This document shows, piece after piece, positions 18,904 through 28,127 of a DNA stretch of 64,000 nt. Location: positions 41,429 to 105,428 of the forward strand of contig JBAXSG010000001.1 in the NCBI GenBank assembly GCA_037130865.1, written 5' to 3'. The DNA comes from Candidatus Tayloriibacteriota bacterium (GTDB lineage: Bacteria > Patescibacteriota > Minisyncoccia > Phycocordibacterales > PALSA-1337). The notes beneath the pieces are model-generated. The model searched no databases. It saw nothing but the letters and a program-made list of their open reading frames with translations, and was not told the origin of the DNA. The stretch's first letter is position 1, and each line of letters starts with the position of its first letter. The translations under genes were made by a program, and so were the position numbers.

Positions 18904-19155
18904 ATGTTTTGTTTGGTTAATGAAAACAATATAACACGCAACAGATTGATTGACAAGAGTACTTGGTAATACATATACAAACAACCAGGTTTTCTTGTAC
19001 TCGGCATAAGAGTTTGCGCAAAAACCTACACTGTTGTACTATACACATGTTACCAATTTAATTTTTGATTCCGCTTTTTTAAGCCTTTGTGATAAAAATG
19101 TTATACAATTCAGTCATATCGCCATAGTCTCTAAAAGAGCGAATCACATTCGCAT

Positions 19156-20685
19156 ATGTCATTAAAACTAGTTGCACTTCTCCTCTCGATCGCCGGGGTT
19201 GTCGGTGCGGCTGTTGGTTATTACTTGCGTTTGATCATTTCCTTAGGAAAGAAGGGTTCAATGGAACTCGAAATCAAGGAGATGCTCTTGACCGCCAAAG
19301 AAGACGCAAAGAAGATTACTGCCGACGCCGAAGCCAAGAACGCTAAGATCCAAGAGAATGCCAGAATTGAGATAAAAGAGAAAGAAGACAAAGTCCACCA
19401 AGTTGAAGACCGCCTTATAAAAAAGGAGGATTTTCTAGATAAACGCCAAGTCGACCTCGACAAAGAAGTTGAGTTGGTAAAACAGCGTGTTGCTGAGATA
19501 AAAACCATTCGTGAACAAGCTGATAAGCTAGGACTAGAGCGCGCAGCAGCTTTGGAAAAGGTTGCACGACTCACAGAAGAACAAGCCAAGGATGAGGTCA
19601 TCAAGACTGCTGAGAAGCATTATGAAGAAGACATCATGGTTCGTATGAATAAACTCGACACACAAGGTGAAGAGCTCTTAGAAAATAAGGCTAGAGATAT
19701 TCTTGCTGTTTCTATACAGCGTCTAGCTTCTTCTGTTGCTTCAGATGTTATGTCCACTGTTGTACCGATACCAAGTGATGATGTGAAAGGTAAAATCATC
19801 GGTAAAGAGGGTCGCAACATCAAGTCATTTGAACGCATCACCGGCGTTGAAGTCCTTGTCGATGACACTCCTGGTGCTATTACTATTTCTTCATTTGATC
19901 CAGTCCGTCGTCATGTCGCTCGTCTGGCCCTCGAAGAGCTTCTAAAAGATGGCCGTATACAGCCATCTCGCATAGAACAGGTTGTAGAAAAAGCTAAACA
20001 GGATATAAACAAAACTATCAAAGAGAAGGGTGAGCAAGCCGCATACGAGTGCGGAGTCATCGGCCTCGATCCTCGCATATTACTCATACTTGGTCGTCTA
20101 CATTTCCGCACCAGTTATGGTCAAAATGTCCTCATGCACTCAATGCAAATGTCTCACATTGCAGGAATGATTGCAGAGGAGCTCGGTGCCAATGTTCAAG
20201 TCGCAAAAGCCGGTGCTCTTCTACATGATATCGGTAAAGCACTCGACCATGAAGTTACAGGTACTCACGTCGAGATAGGTCGTCGTATATTGCAAAAATT
20301 TGGTGCCCCTGAAGAGGTTATAAAGGCCATGCAAGCCCATCATGAGGAATATCCTTATGAAACTATCGAGTCACGCATAGTCCAAACCGCTGACGCCATT
20401 TCCGGAGCTCGTCCAGGCGCACGCCGCGACAATGTTGAGAATTATCTCAAGCGTCTTGGTGACCTTGAAGCTATCGCTACTTCATTCAAAGGCATAGAAA
20501 AAGCCTATGCTCTCCAAGCTGGTCGTGAAATCCGCGTCTTCGTCAGACCAGAAGAGATGGGTGATGTTGAATCCAAGAATGTAGCCCGCGAAATCGCTCT
20601 CAAGATTGAAAAGGATCTGAAATATCCTGGTGAAATCAAGGTTATCGTCATTCGTGAGCAAAGAACGGTGGAGTTTGCTAGGTAA
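19156..20685 (+). CDS. rny: ribonuclease Y
   Basis: N-terminal TM, coiled coil, KH (KGKIIGKEGRNI) and HD (LLHDIGKA) domains. Confidence 0.97.
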   Translation: MSLKLVALLLSIAGVVGAAVGYYLRLIISLGKKGSMELEIKEMLLTAKEDAKKITADAEAKNAKIQENARIEIKEKEDKVHQVEDRLIKKEDFLDKRQVDLDKEVELVKQRVAEIKTIREQADKLGLERAAALEKVARLTEEQAKDEVIKTAEKHYEEDIMVRMNKLDTQGEELLENKARDILAVSIQRLASSVASDVMSTVVPIPSDDVKGKIIGKEGRNIKSFERITGVEVLVDDTPGAITISSFDPVRRHVARLALEELLKDGRIQPSRIEQVVEKAKQDINKTIKEKGEQAAYECGVIGLDPRILLILGRLHFRTSYGQNVLMHSMQMSHIAGMIAEELGANVQVAKAGALLHDIGKALDHEVTGTHVEIGRRILQKFGAPEEVIKAMQAHHEEYPYETIESRIVQTADAISGARPGARRDNVENYLKRLGDLEAIATSFKGIEKAYALQAGREIRVFVRPEEMGDVESKNVAREIALKIEKDLKYPGEIKVIVIREQRTVEFAR

Positions 20686-20782
20686 TACTGGAATTTCTCC
20701 CAATAAAAACTCAACCCCACCTTCGGTAGGTAGGGTTGGTCGGGGCTAGCCTTTCTTCTAGCTCACCTAATTAATCTTGATG

Positions 20783-21268
20783 TTACTCCATAAAATTCAT
20801 GGGTACAGTTTTACGACCATTCAATTCCACGATTTTACGCGGGCGGTCCTTGTTTTCTAGCTTGATCTTGAATTTGACCCTGAATTTGCCGTCCTTATTG
20901 AGGATTCTGCTCACCTCCTTAGCAAACGCCTCACTTCTTGAACTATGACCAATGTCGATATTTCCACGTCCACTGGACACAACGGATGTGATGTAAACGA
21001 CAATGTCTTCGCGATCAAATATTATCTTGCGACGGAAGACATGATCATAAGTCATCACTGACGCCAGACTCTCCTCGACCAAACCAATTGCTTGCGCGAT
21101 GATTTGCTGGGACACGAGGAATATACGGAAATCCTCATGCACTTTGTTGTTTGTGTGTATGATCTTATCAGCCACCTTACGTAACTTCCTGATATACAGC
21201 CGTAAGACTATGAGACCACCGACACAAGCGACCATAATGATCAACCTGATAACATCTATTAATTTCAC
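20783..21268 (-). CDS. hypothetical membrane-anchored protein
   Basis: 161-aa ORF, N-terminal TM helix, AAAGGAG upstream of GTG. Confidence 0.6.
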   Translation of the reverse strand: MKLIDVIRLIIMVACVGGLIVLRLYIRKLRKVADKIIHTNNKVHEDFRIFLVSQQIIAQAIGLVEESLASVMTYDHVFRRKIIFDREDIVVYITSVVSSGRGNIDIGHSSRSEAFAKEVSRILNKDGKFRVKFKIKLENKDRPRKIVELNGRKTVPMNFME

Positions 21269-21449
21269 AAAGAGCTCCTTTCTTTGAGTTAAATCGAGTT
21301 AAATTTCATTCGTTCAGACAATACCGTATCACAGATTGAGCTGTTGCGTCAAATTATCAACTATTTTGCAGCCTATTGCCTAAAATATGGCTTACTATAT
21401 AATGTATCTACAGTTAGTCTAGTGTTTATTAGCAATTAATAAAGCAAAT

Positions 21450-21722
21450 ATGAACAAAGCAAGCATTGTAGAAGCAGTTCACGGAGTTCTCGGTGGTACC
21501 AAGGTACAGGCCGAGCAAGCAGTCGAAACCATGATCAATAGCGTCATCGATTCACTCAAGAAGGGTGAAGAGGTGTCTATAGCTGGTCTCGGTATCTTCT
21601 CTGTTAAGCAGCGTGCAGCTCGTCAGGCTCGTAACCCTCGTACTGGTGAGGCTATAAATGTCCCAGCTATGAAGGTTCCTAAGTTCCGCGCCGCAAAGGC
21701 ACTCAAGGACGCAGTTAAATAA
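21450..21722 (+). CDS. hup: DNA-binding protein HU
   Basis: MNKASIVEA...GLGIFSVKQRAARQARNPRTGE...PKFRAAKALKDAV. Confidence 0.97.
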   Translation: MNKASIVEAVHGVLGGTKVQAEQAVETMINSVIDSLKKGEEVSIAGLGIFSVKQRAARQARNPRTGEAINVPAMKVPKFRAAKALKDAVK

Positions 21723-21778
21723 AGCTATTTATAGGTGCTTGACCAGCCTTCGACAGCTGACCAATCTCCTACTATCGA

Positions 21779-21807
21779 ACAAAAGACCTCCGTAAGGGGG
21801 CTTTTTG
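21779..21807. terminator. bidirectional terminator
   Basis: ACAAAAGACCTC-cgtaa-GGGGGCTTTTTG between convergent genes. Confidence 0.6.
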
Positions 21808-21829
21808 TTTACATAGCCAGGAATCCTCA

Positions 21830-22795
21830 CTATGCGAGCAACCCCTTTCTTTTGGAAAGATAGGTGCGAACCCCTTCTATAAAGTCCGCCTTCTTCTTTC
21901 TGTGCCAATCGTATGATTTTATATAGCAATTTAGAAGTAAAGCAGAGTGTAATACACTTTCATCATAAGGTTTGCCGCCGAAATATCCCACCAGCCATTG
22001 TTCATTTTCTTTGCTTTCATCTTTTGTGATGCCGAGCAACATCGAACGGGCCAAATCGAAGTATCCCACGTTAAATTTCGGATTGGGATCAAAAACAGTA
22101 ACTGGTTCTGTGGCAAATATATTTGAGATATTGAAATCGTCATGGCAATAGCTAGTACTCTTCTGTGTGCTTACATAGCTATTCAATATCGACAGAGCAT
22201 TTTCCAATGATCCGTGCTCATCACCAAGGACATTGTTGTCTCGAACGTATTTTATTCGTCTCTATATTTCTTCGGACGATATCCATTCATTGAAAGAATC
22301 AAATTCAGCCTTTCCGTTGGCCACTCTGCCAAACCCTTCTGCTTTCGGTTCGTGCATCCTCCTCAAAGTCTTCCCAAGATCGACAAAAACCTCCATTTCA
22401 AGTAGCTGTTCCTCGCTATATTTATCGAGTAGAGTAGGCTCGTCTATGAATTCCATAACGAGATAGTGATGGTCACCAATCGTGCCTGTTTCAAATATTT
22501 TCGGCGTCTTCACTCCGATACTCGCCCATTTTTCCAAGAATTCTGATTCGCCTTCAGCAAAATTCAGACTCAAAGGAACCTTGAGAATGTATTTACCATC
22601 CGCTGATTCGATCAAACACACGATCGATCCTACACCTTTCTGCATGTATGAAACTTGAACTTCTTTATCCTTAAAAAGTCTATGGCCTGAAATAAATTCT
22701 TCTATGAGCGGTATGAGCTTTTCTCTTCTCTCATTAAGAGTTTTATGTGCCTCAAATTCTGAAAACTTTGGCTTATTAAGGATTGATATCGACAT
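21830..22795 (-). pseudogene. aminoglycoside-phosphotransferase/kinase-like gene split by one in-frame TAG
   Basis: Two ORFs in the same frame joined as SSEEI*RRIKYVRD...; YILKVP, LVMEFI, CHDDFNISNIF, FDPNP motifs. Confidence 0.8.
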
Positions 22796-22801
22796 TGGTT
22801 G

Positions 22802-22872
22802 TGCGGGATGCGGGAGTCGAACCCGCGACATTTGTTTGGAAAACAAAAATTTTACCGTTAAACTAATCCCGC
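22802..22872 (-). tRNA. tRNA-Gly(TCC)
   Basis: GCGGGAT...TTTGT-TTTCCAA-ACAAA...GGTTCGACTCC...ATCCCGC-A cloverleaf. Confidence 0.88.
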
Positions 22873-22877
22873 GAGCC

Positions 22878-23552
22878 TCACTTTTCTAGAACACGGTCAA
22901 TCGTAGCAAGTATTTTCCTATGTAACAAGACGCCGAGTTCTTTGTCACCATAACTTTTTACACCAAGATGAGCTGTCCCAAATGGTAAGATCCCCGCTTT
23001 TTTTGTCTTCTTATTGAGACGACGGTCGATATAACATGGTAAGAAAGAACTTTTTGGTATCTTTAATTGTCTGACCCAAAATTGCAGCGCAGCATCTTCG
23101 TCACTATCGGGATATATATGAAGCCTAACTCTTATATTTGTATTGGGTACATTGAAACATTTATTTAGCCAAATGATTGAAAACCTAATTATCCTTGGAT
23201 CAGCATTAACTATTCTCAAAATATTGTGGGTCTTACTACCCTCTCCAATATAGATGCCAACGCCGAGCAGGAATAAGTCTCTGTGAGATAGTTTGCCAAT
23301 CATTCCCTCTGCATACCTATCTGCTTCAATAAGAGACCGGATTTTATCTACTCTTTTACCTACAACGCCCATCTTTTGGCCTTTAAGAATTGATTGTTTA
23401 GTTGTTTCGTTTGGCAAAAAATCAACATTTCTTAACCAACAACTTAGGGTGCTTTTCGAGACATTCAATTTTTGTGATATATAGCCATAAGCAAAACCCT
23501 TCTTACGGTAACCAATGGCTCGCTTTTTCAGTGCATACGAATACATATGCAC
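22878..23552 (-). CDS. HTH plus LAGLIDADG-like hypothetical protein next to tRNA
   Basis: N-terminal HTH (YISQKLNVSKSTLSCWL); GVGIYIGEG helix, NADPRII, LHIY...FW. Confidence 0.7.
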   Translation of the reverse strand: MHMYSYALKKRAIGYRKKGFAYGYISQKLNVSKSTLSCWLRNVDFLPNETTKQSILKGQKMGVVGKRVDKIRSLIEADRYAEGMIGKLSHRDLFLLGVGIYIGEGSKTHNILRIVNADPRIIRFSIIWLNKCFNVPNTNIRVRLHIYPDSDEDAALQFWVRQLKIPKSSFLPCYIDRRLNKKTKKAGILPFGTAHLGVKSYGDKELGVLLHRKILATIDRVLEK

Positions 23553-23597
23553 TAATTATATCAGACCAGATGTGGTTCGTGCAATTCTTAAATTAAT

Positions 23598-24113
23598 TTA
23601 CCCCCTCTTTTCATCCGGATGATGAACAGCGTGTTCGTGCTCCATAACCTCTTTTATTTCATCTATTTCTTCTTTGATTATCTTCAGATCAACAATATCT
23701 TGCTCCATCTTTATCTCATCAACTTCTTTCTTCATTTCTTTTATGGTCGCTCTCATTCCCTTCAATTCCGCCTCCTCTTCTTCAACCTCTTTCTCTGTCT
23801 TTTCTGTTGTCTTTTTCTGCTTTTTAAGACCACTCATAAGTATCGTGTCACCTATAAAGTATGAAACGAATAGTCCGGTCATGAGCAAAACTATTGTCAT
23901 GATCACTAAGTTGTTCGGCTCATAGAAAATCAACTCCAACCAACCACCTTTGGCTTGTAAGATATCTGCTGTATGCCACACTCCCCTCCAGAAAAGCACT
24001 ATAGCCACACCACCGATGATTGTATAGATTATTGGATATTGACTCAAGTGTTCACGCACATGATCTTCGAGTTTATCGAAAAACCAGACTATTTTTTTGA
24101 ACAATGAAATCAT
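23598..24113 (-). CDS. hypothetical membrane protein
   Basis: Two TM helices (VLFWRGVWHTAD) and a coiled-coil tail. Confidence 0.8.
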   Translation of the reverse strand: MISLFKKIVWFFDKLEDHVREHLSQYPIIYTIIGGVAIVLFWRGVWHTADILQAKGGWLELIFYEPNNLVIMTIVLLMTGLFVSYFIGDTILMSGLKKQKKTTEKTEKEVEEEEAELKGMRATIKEMKKEVDEIKMEQDIVDLKIIKEEIDEIKEVMEHEHAVHHPDEKRG

Positions 24114-24153
24114 CTTTGTATTTTTTATCTTTCTCTGAAGAAACTCTTACCTG

Positions 24154-24226
24154 TCGGGGCGCCGGGATTCGAACCCGGAGTCACCTCTTCCCAAAAGAGG
24201 CATGTTAGCCGTTACACCACGCCCCG
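24154..24226 (-). tRNA. tRNA-Pro(TGG)
   Basis: CGGGGCG...CCTCT-TTTGGGA-AGAGG...GGTTCGAATCC...CGCCCCG-A. Confidence 0.93.
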
Positions 24227-24281
24227 AAATATCCCTATTCCACTACAAACTAACTGTCGCATTATCGTAGCATAAAACATT

Positions 24282-24725
24282 CTATAAGACTAGATTTTTT
24301 AACCATTTTACATGTGCGAGACGAGTTCCTTTGTCCATATAGACGCAAAGTACATGAAATTGAAATTCTGACTCTGCTCCCCTACCAGACACCTCACTAC
24401 TCCTTTGCCCAAATTCTGCCATATATGTCTGAATCATTCGACGGATCTGCCTTAACTTGAAATTATGGACATTTTCTTCTGGTTCATGTCCGTTTGGATG
24501 ATTTCTCTGTACTGTCACACTCTTCACCTCAAAAAAGTGTAGAGTTGCTGATGTTGCACGTGAAACATCACTAGACTCGCGCGCAATAATATCTATCTCG
24601 CCCCATTTCTTGCGATAATTCCTCGCAGTAATGATAAAGCCCTTCTTCTCCAAAAACTTACAAGCTATATCCTCACCTATGTTTCCTATTGATCTTGTGC
24701 TCATAAATATTTTCTTAGAATCCAT
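24282..24725 (-). CDS. yraN: YraN family (UPF0102) putative endonuclease
   Basis: GNIGEDIACKFL, RNYRKKWGEIDIIA, FFEVKS. Confidence 0.9.
   Translation of the reverse strand: MDSKKIFMSTRSIGNIGEDIACKFLEKKGFIITARNYRKKWGEIDIIARESSDVSRATSATLHFFEVKSVTVQRNHPNGHEPEENVHNFKLRQIRRMIQTYMAEFGQRSSEVSGRGAESEFQFHVLCVYMDKGTRLAHVKWLKNLVL
24552..24567. promoter_or_regulatory. parS-like site
   Basis: TGTTGCACGTGAAACA matches the TGTTNCACGTGAAACA consensus. Confidence 0.75.
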
Positions 24726-24726
24726 A

Positions 24727-24896
24727 TTTTCAACACATTTTCAGTGACTTTTAAACTGTCTTATCCCAAAATCCACTGGCTGAGCCACAACAAGAAAAGA
24801 CATCATAAAATACACAAAAACTACGATAATTAGCCGTTTTTTATGTCTTTTATAGACAGCATCCACAGACTTATCCACAGTTTCTGTTTATACACT
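24727..24896 (+). promoter_or_regulatory. DnaA-box cluster
   Basis: TTATCCACA at 24871 plus same-strand near matches TTTTCAACA 24727, TTATAGACA 24850, GCATCCACA 24859, TTATACACT 24888. Confidence 0.55.
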
Positions 24897-24956
24897 TATA
24901 CGATTAGCCATTCGTAAAGGAAAAACAGACAAGGACATATAAAGGCCAATGAAGTG

Positions 24957-25027
24957 TGCGGGTAGGGAGAATCGAACTCCCACCTCGTCCTTGGCAAGGA
25001 CGCGTCCTACCATTAAACAATACCCGC
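24957..25027 (-). tRNA. tRNA-Gly(GCC)
   Basis: GCGGGTA...CGTCC-TTGCCAA-GGACG...AGTTCGATTCT...TACCCGC-A. Confidence 0.93.
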
Positions 25028-25140
25028 AATTATATATGTAATGACCTTAAAAATCTGACGTGCTTCAGTATAGCGCAACTTTCATTTTTTACAAAATCTT
25101 CTCACATAAATAAACTATCATCGTATCAACTGTTACCGTG

Positions 25141-25212
25141 TGCCCCCGGAGGGACTCGAACCCCCAACATCAGTTCCGAAGACTGGTGTGATATCCATTT
25201 CACCACGAGGGC
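25141..25212 (-). tRNA. tRNA-Arg(TCG)
   Basis: GCCCTCG...CAGT-CTTCGGA-ACTG...GGTTCGAGTCC...CGGGGGC-A. Confidence 0.9.
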
Positions 25213-25292
25213 ATTGATGAATAAACATCATCTCGTGCCACATCATACTACCGCACATAGCCAAAAAGCCCAAATGGTGCTACGATATCACC

Positions 25293-26780
25293 ATGAAAAT
25301 GGCTCAAAACAGCCCTATTCCGACAGAAGTGGTCAATGTTGTAACTGGTTTGGAGAAGGCCGGCTTCCAAGCATATCTAGTAGGCGGATGCGTCCGTGAT
25401 ATTTTTCTTGGCAGAAAACCGAAGGATTGGGATGTCACCACAAATGCAAAACCGGAAGAAATACAAAAAATATTTCCAAAAACTGTTTATGAAAATATAT
25501 TCGGAACAGTCGCGGTGATAAATGAAACAACAGAAGATGAAACAGTCCGTTCTGTTGAAGTCACTCCTTACAGACTTGAGACTGGTTATTCAGATCGTAG
25601 ACATCCTGACCAAGTTTCTTTCAGTGAAAAATTAGAAGATGACCTTAAGAGACGAGATCTCACTATAAACGCTATTGCTGTTTCCTTGTCCGATGGAGCT
25701 ATAAAGGACATCGTTGATCTATATGGCGGTTTTGCCGATATAAAAGCCAAGATTATACGAACTGTAGGAAAACCGTCTGATCGCTTCAACGAAGACGCCT
25801 TGAGAATGATGCGCGCAGTCAGATTGGCCGTAGAACTGGGTTTCACGATAGAAAAAGATACTTATACGGCTATACAGAGCCAAAATAAACTAATAAAAGA
25901 CGTGTCAGCAGAACGAGTTCGTGATGAGTTTACTAAGATTGTTATGTCTCCAAACCCTAAAATAGGGCTTGAAATGCTTCATGAAACGGCTCTACTTAGC
26001 CATTTTTTGCCAGAAATAGAGCGCGGTATTGGTGTAGAACAAAGAGGAACCCATATATACGATGTCTGGGAACACCTAGTTAGAAGTCTCCAACACGCCG
26101 CCGACAAGGAATGGGGGCTAGAAATAAGGCTTTCTGCCCTATTTCACGACATTGGTAAGCCGAAAAGCCGTGGGTTTTCACGTGAAAGCAACTCTTATAC
26201 GTTTTATGGCCATGAGGTAATTGGTTCACGTGAAACACGTCAAATCCTCGAAAGGATGAAGTTTTCACGTGCAACAGTAGAGAAAGTCTATAAACTGTGC
26301 CGTTGGCATATGTTTTTCTCTGATACAGAGCAAATCTCCCTATCTGCTGTCAGGCGTATGATTGTGAATGTAGGGCGTGAAAACATATGGGATCTCATGA
26401 ATGTGCGCATATGCGACCGTATAGGCACTGGTAGACCCAAGGAAAACCCTTATAGACTCCGTAAATACAAGGCTATGATCGAGGAAGCTCTAAATGGGCC
26501 GGTTTCCGTCTCTATGCTTAAAATTGATGGTAAAAGGGTTATGGATGTATGCAAGATACCAGCTGGACCTAAGATTGGTTGGATACTGCATGCCCTCTTT
26601 GAAGAAGTCATCGAGGATGTGAAACTTAATACACCAGAGTATTTGGAAAAACGCGCAAATGAACTATCAGTCATGAATGAAAAGGAACTTAAAGCTCTTG
26701 GTGAAGCTGGAAAAGATAGAAAAGAAGAGGAAGGAGAAAAGAAAGTGCAAGAGATTCGAAAAAAACACTTCGTATCCTAA
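25293..26780 (+). CDS. cca: CCA tRNA nucleotidyltransferase with HD domain
   Basis: YLVGGCVRD, DWDVTT, RRDLTINA, EDALRMMRAVR, LFHDIGKP. Confidence 0.93.
   Translation: MKMAQNSPIPTEVVNVVTGLEKAGFQAYLVGGCVRDIFLGRKPKDWDVTTNAKPEEIQKIFPKTVYENIFGTVAVINETTEDETVRSVEVTPYRLETGYSDRRHPDQVSFSEKLEDDLKRRDLTINAIAVSLSDGAIKDIVDLYGGFADIKAKIIRTVGKPSDRFNEDALRMMRAVRLAVELGFTIEKDTYTAIQSQNKLIKDVSAERVRDEFTKIVMSPNPKIGLEMLHETALLSHFLPEIERGIGVEQRGTHIYDVWEHLVRSLQHAADKEWGLEIRLSALFHDIGKPKSRGFSRESNSYTFYGHEVIGSRETRQILERMKFSRATVEKVYKLCRWHMFFSDTEQISLSAVRRMIVNVGRENIWDLMNVRICDRIGTGRPKENPYRLRKYKAMIEEALNGPVSVSMLKIDGKRVMDVCKIPAGPKIGWILHALFEEVIEDVKLNTPEYLEKRANELSVMNEKELKALGEAGKDRKEEEGEKKVQEIRKKHFVS
26174..26276. promoter_or_regulatory. 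three parS-like sites inside cca
   Basis: GTTTTCACGTGAAAGC 26174, TGGTTCACGTGAAACA 26222, GTTTTCACGTGCAACA 26261. Confidence 0.7.
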
Positions 26781-26810
26781 AGGACACACTTATCCCCAGT
26801 GTGTCCTTTA
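26778..26810 (+). terminator. hairpin after cca
   Basis: Perfect 13-bp inverted repeat TAAAGGACACACT/AGTGTGTCCTTTA. Confidence 0.65.
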
Positions 26811-26841
26811 CACTTGTCTTTAATAAATATAAAATATACCC

Positions 26842-27294
26842 AGATCAGTATTTCGTCCGAGAAATTTAAAGTTATGTTGTGTGTTCGTAACCAACATGAC
26901 AAACGATATACACCTGATCTTTATATAGGTACCGGAATTTCGCCGATACCAAAAAGAAGCCACTGGGTAGGCTTCAACAGAGAGGGATCTTCCTGATCTC
27001 ACTCAAAGTGAAGTTAAGCAAAGATTTTTTAAAGAGGGTAATACCTCAAAGTGCATCCGATCGGTGCTCGGTCATAAAGGTGGTGTGATTGTCTACAAAT
27101 TACATCAAAGCCTCCTTCCGGAGAGCAATAACTTTAAGACATATTGCACACCACTTACCGCTGATGAATGCCGTGAAAAGCTTCATCTAGGACTGGTTTG
27201 GATAGCATCAGTTCTTTCGTCAGTTTTCTTTGCGAGACTTCTAAGACCGTGTCACACGCCGTTCTGTCTGAACCGTCACTGATACGGTCTTTTT
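26842..27294 (+). ncRNA. candidate structured non-coding RNA, family unassigned
   Basis: TTTACA-17-TAAAAT promoter, run of G-U-compatible hairpins, terminator-like stem plus T-run; no convincing ORF. Confidence 0.4.
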
Positions 27295-27358
27295 GTTGAT
27301 TATACCGGACACACTAAATACTAATTTTTACTTTATACGCCTATATCAGGCCGTATAA

Positions 27359-28126
27359 TTATCCAATAACTATATCGATAGGGCAATGGTCAGAACCCAT
27401 TATTTCATCAAGGATTCTAGCTTTTGTCACGCGTGCAAGTATTCCTTTGGTGGCGAAAAAGTAGTCGATTCTCCAACCAACATTGCGATCTCTGGCAAAA
27501 GTTTTCATATCCCAATACGTATATTTCCCGACCTCACCAGAGTGAAAATGTCGGAACACATCTGTATATCCTGCATCGACAACTTTATCCATCCAAGCAC
27601 GCTCGATTGGTAGAAAACCGGTGTTGTCAATATTTTCTTTGGGACGTGCAAGATCCATCTCTGTGTGAGCTGTATTGATGTCACCACAAAAGATAATCTC
27701 ACGACCTTCATTCTTCAACTTATTTATATAATTCAAAAAGTGATCATAGTAGCGGAGCTTAAAGGACAAGCGCTCTGGACCGCCACCGCCGTTAGGGAAG
27801 TAATTATTCAAAAGGACAAAATCCTTAAAAAACAATGCCAAGAAACGTCCCTCTTGGTCATATTCTGGAATTCCCATGCCATATTCGACTTTATCGGGTT
27901 TTATTTTCGAATAAACAGCTACTCCGCTATAACCTTTGCGGCCTTTTGAGTGATCGAAGTATGAAAAATACCCAGCTGGGTTACGAACACCTTCTTCAAG
28001 CTGATCTGGGTGAGCTTTTGTCTCCTGAATACAGAAAATATCAGGGGACTCGTTGATAAACCAATCAAAACTGCCTTTTTTAACATTTGCTCGTAGCCCG
28101 TTTACATTCCATGAAATGATACGCAT
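27359..28126 (-). CDS. xth: exodeoxyribonuclease III
   Basis: MRIISWNVNGLRA, CIQETK, GWRIDYF, GSDHCP. Confidence 0.96.
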   Translation of the reverse strand: MRIISWNVNGLRANVKKGSFDWFINESPDIFCIQETKAHPDQLEEGVRNPAGYFSYFDHSKGRKGYSGVAVYSKIKPDKVEYGMGIPEYDQEGRFLALFFKDFVLLNNYFPNGGGGPERLSFKLRYYDHFLNYINKLKNEGREIIFCGDINTAHTEMDLARPKENIDNTGFLPIERAWMDKVVDAGYTDVFRHFHSGEVGKYTYWDMKTFARDRNVGWRIDYFFATKGILARVTKARILDEIMGSDHCPIDIVIG

Positions 28127-28127
28127 A

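Noticed and set aside
24956-25399. 147-aa plus-strand ORF
   Set aside because: It is the antisense of two tRNA genes and overlaps the start of cca.
21830-27282. TAG recoding suggested by in-frame TAGs in the kinase and the 26896 frame
   Set aside because: pgk, pilC, tig and pnp end normally at TAG, so TAG is a working stop codon.
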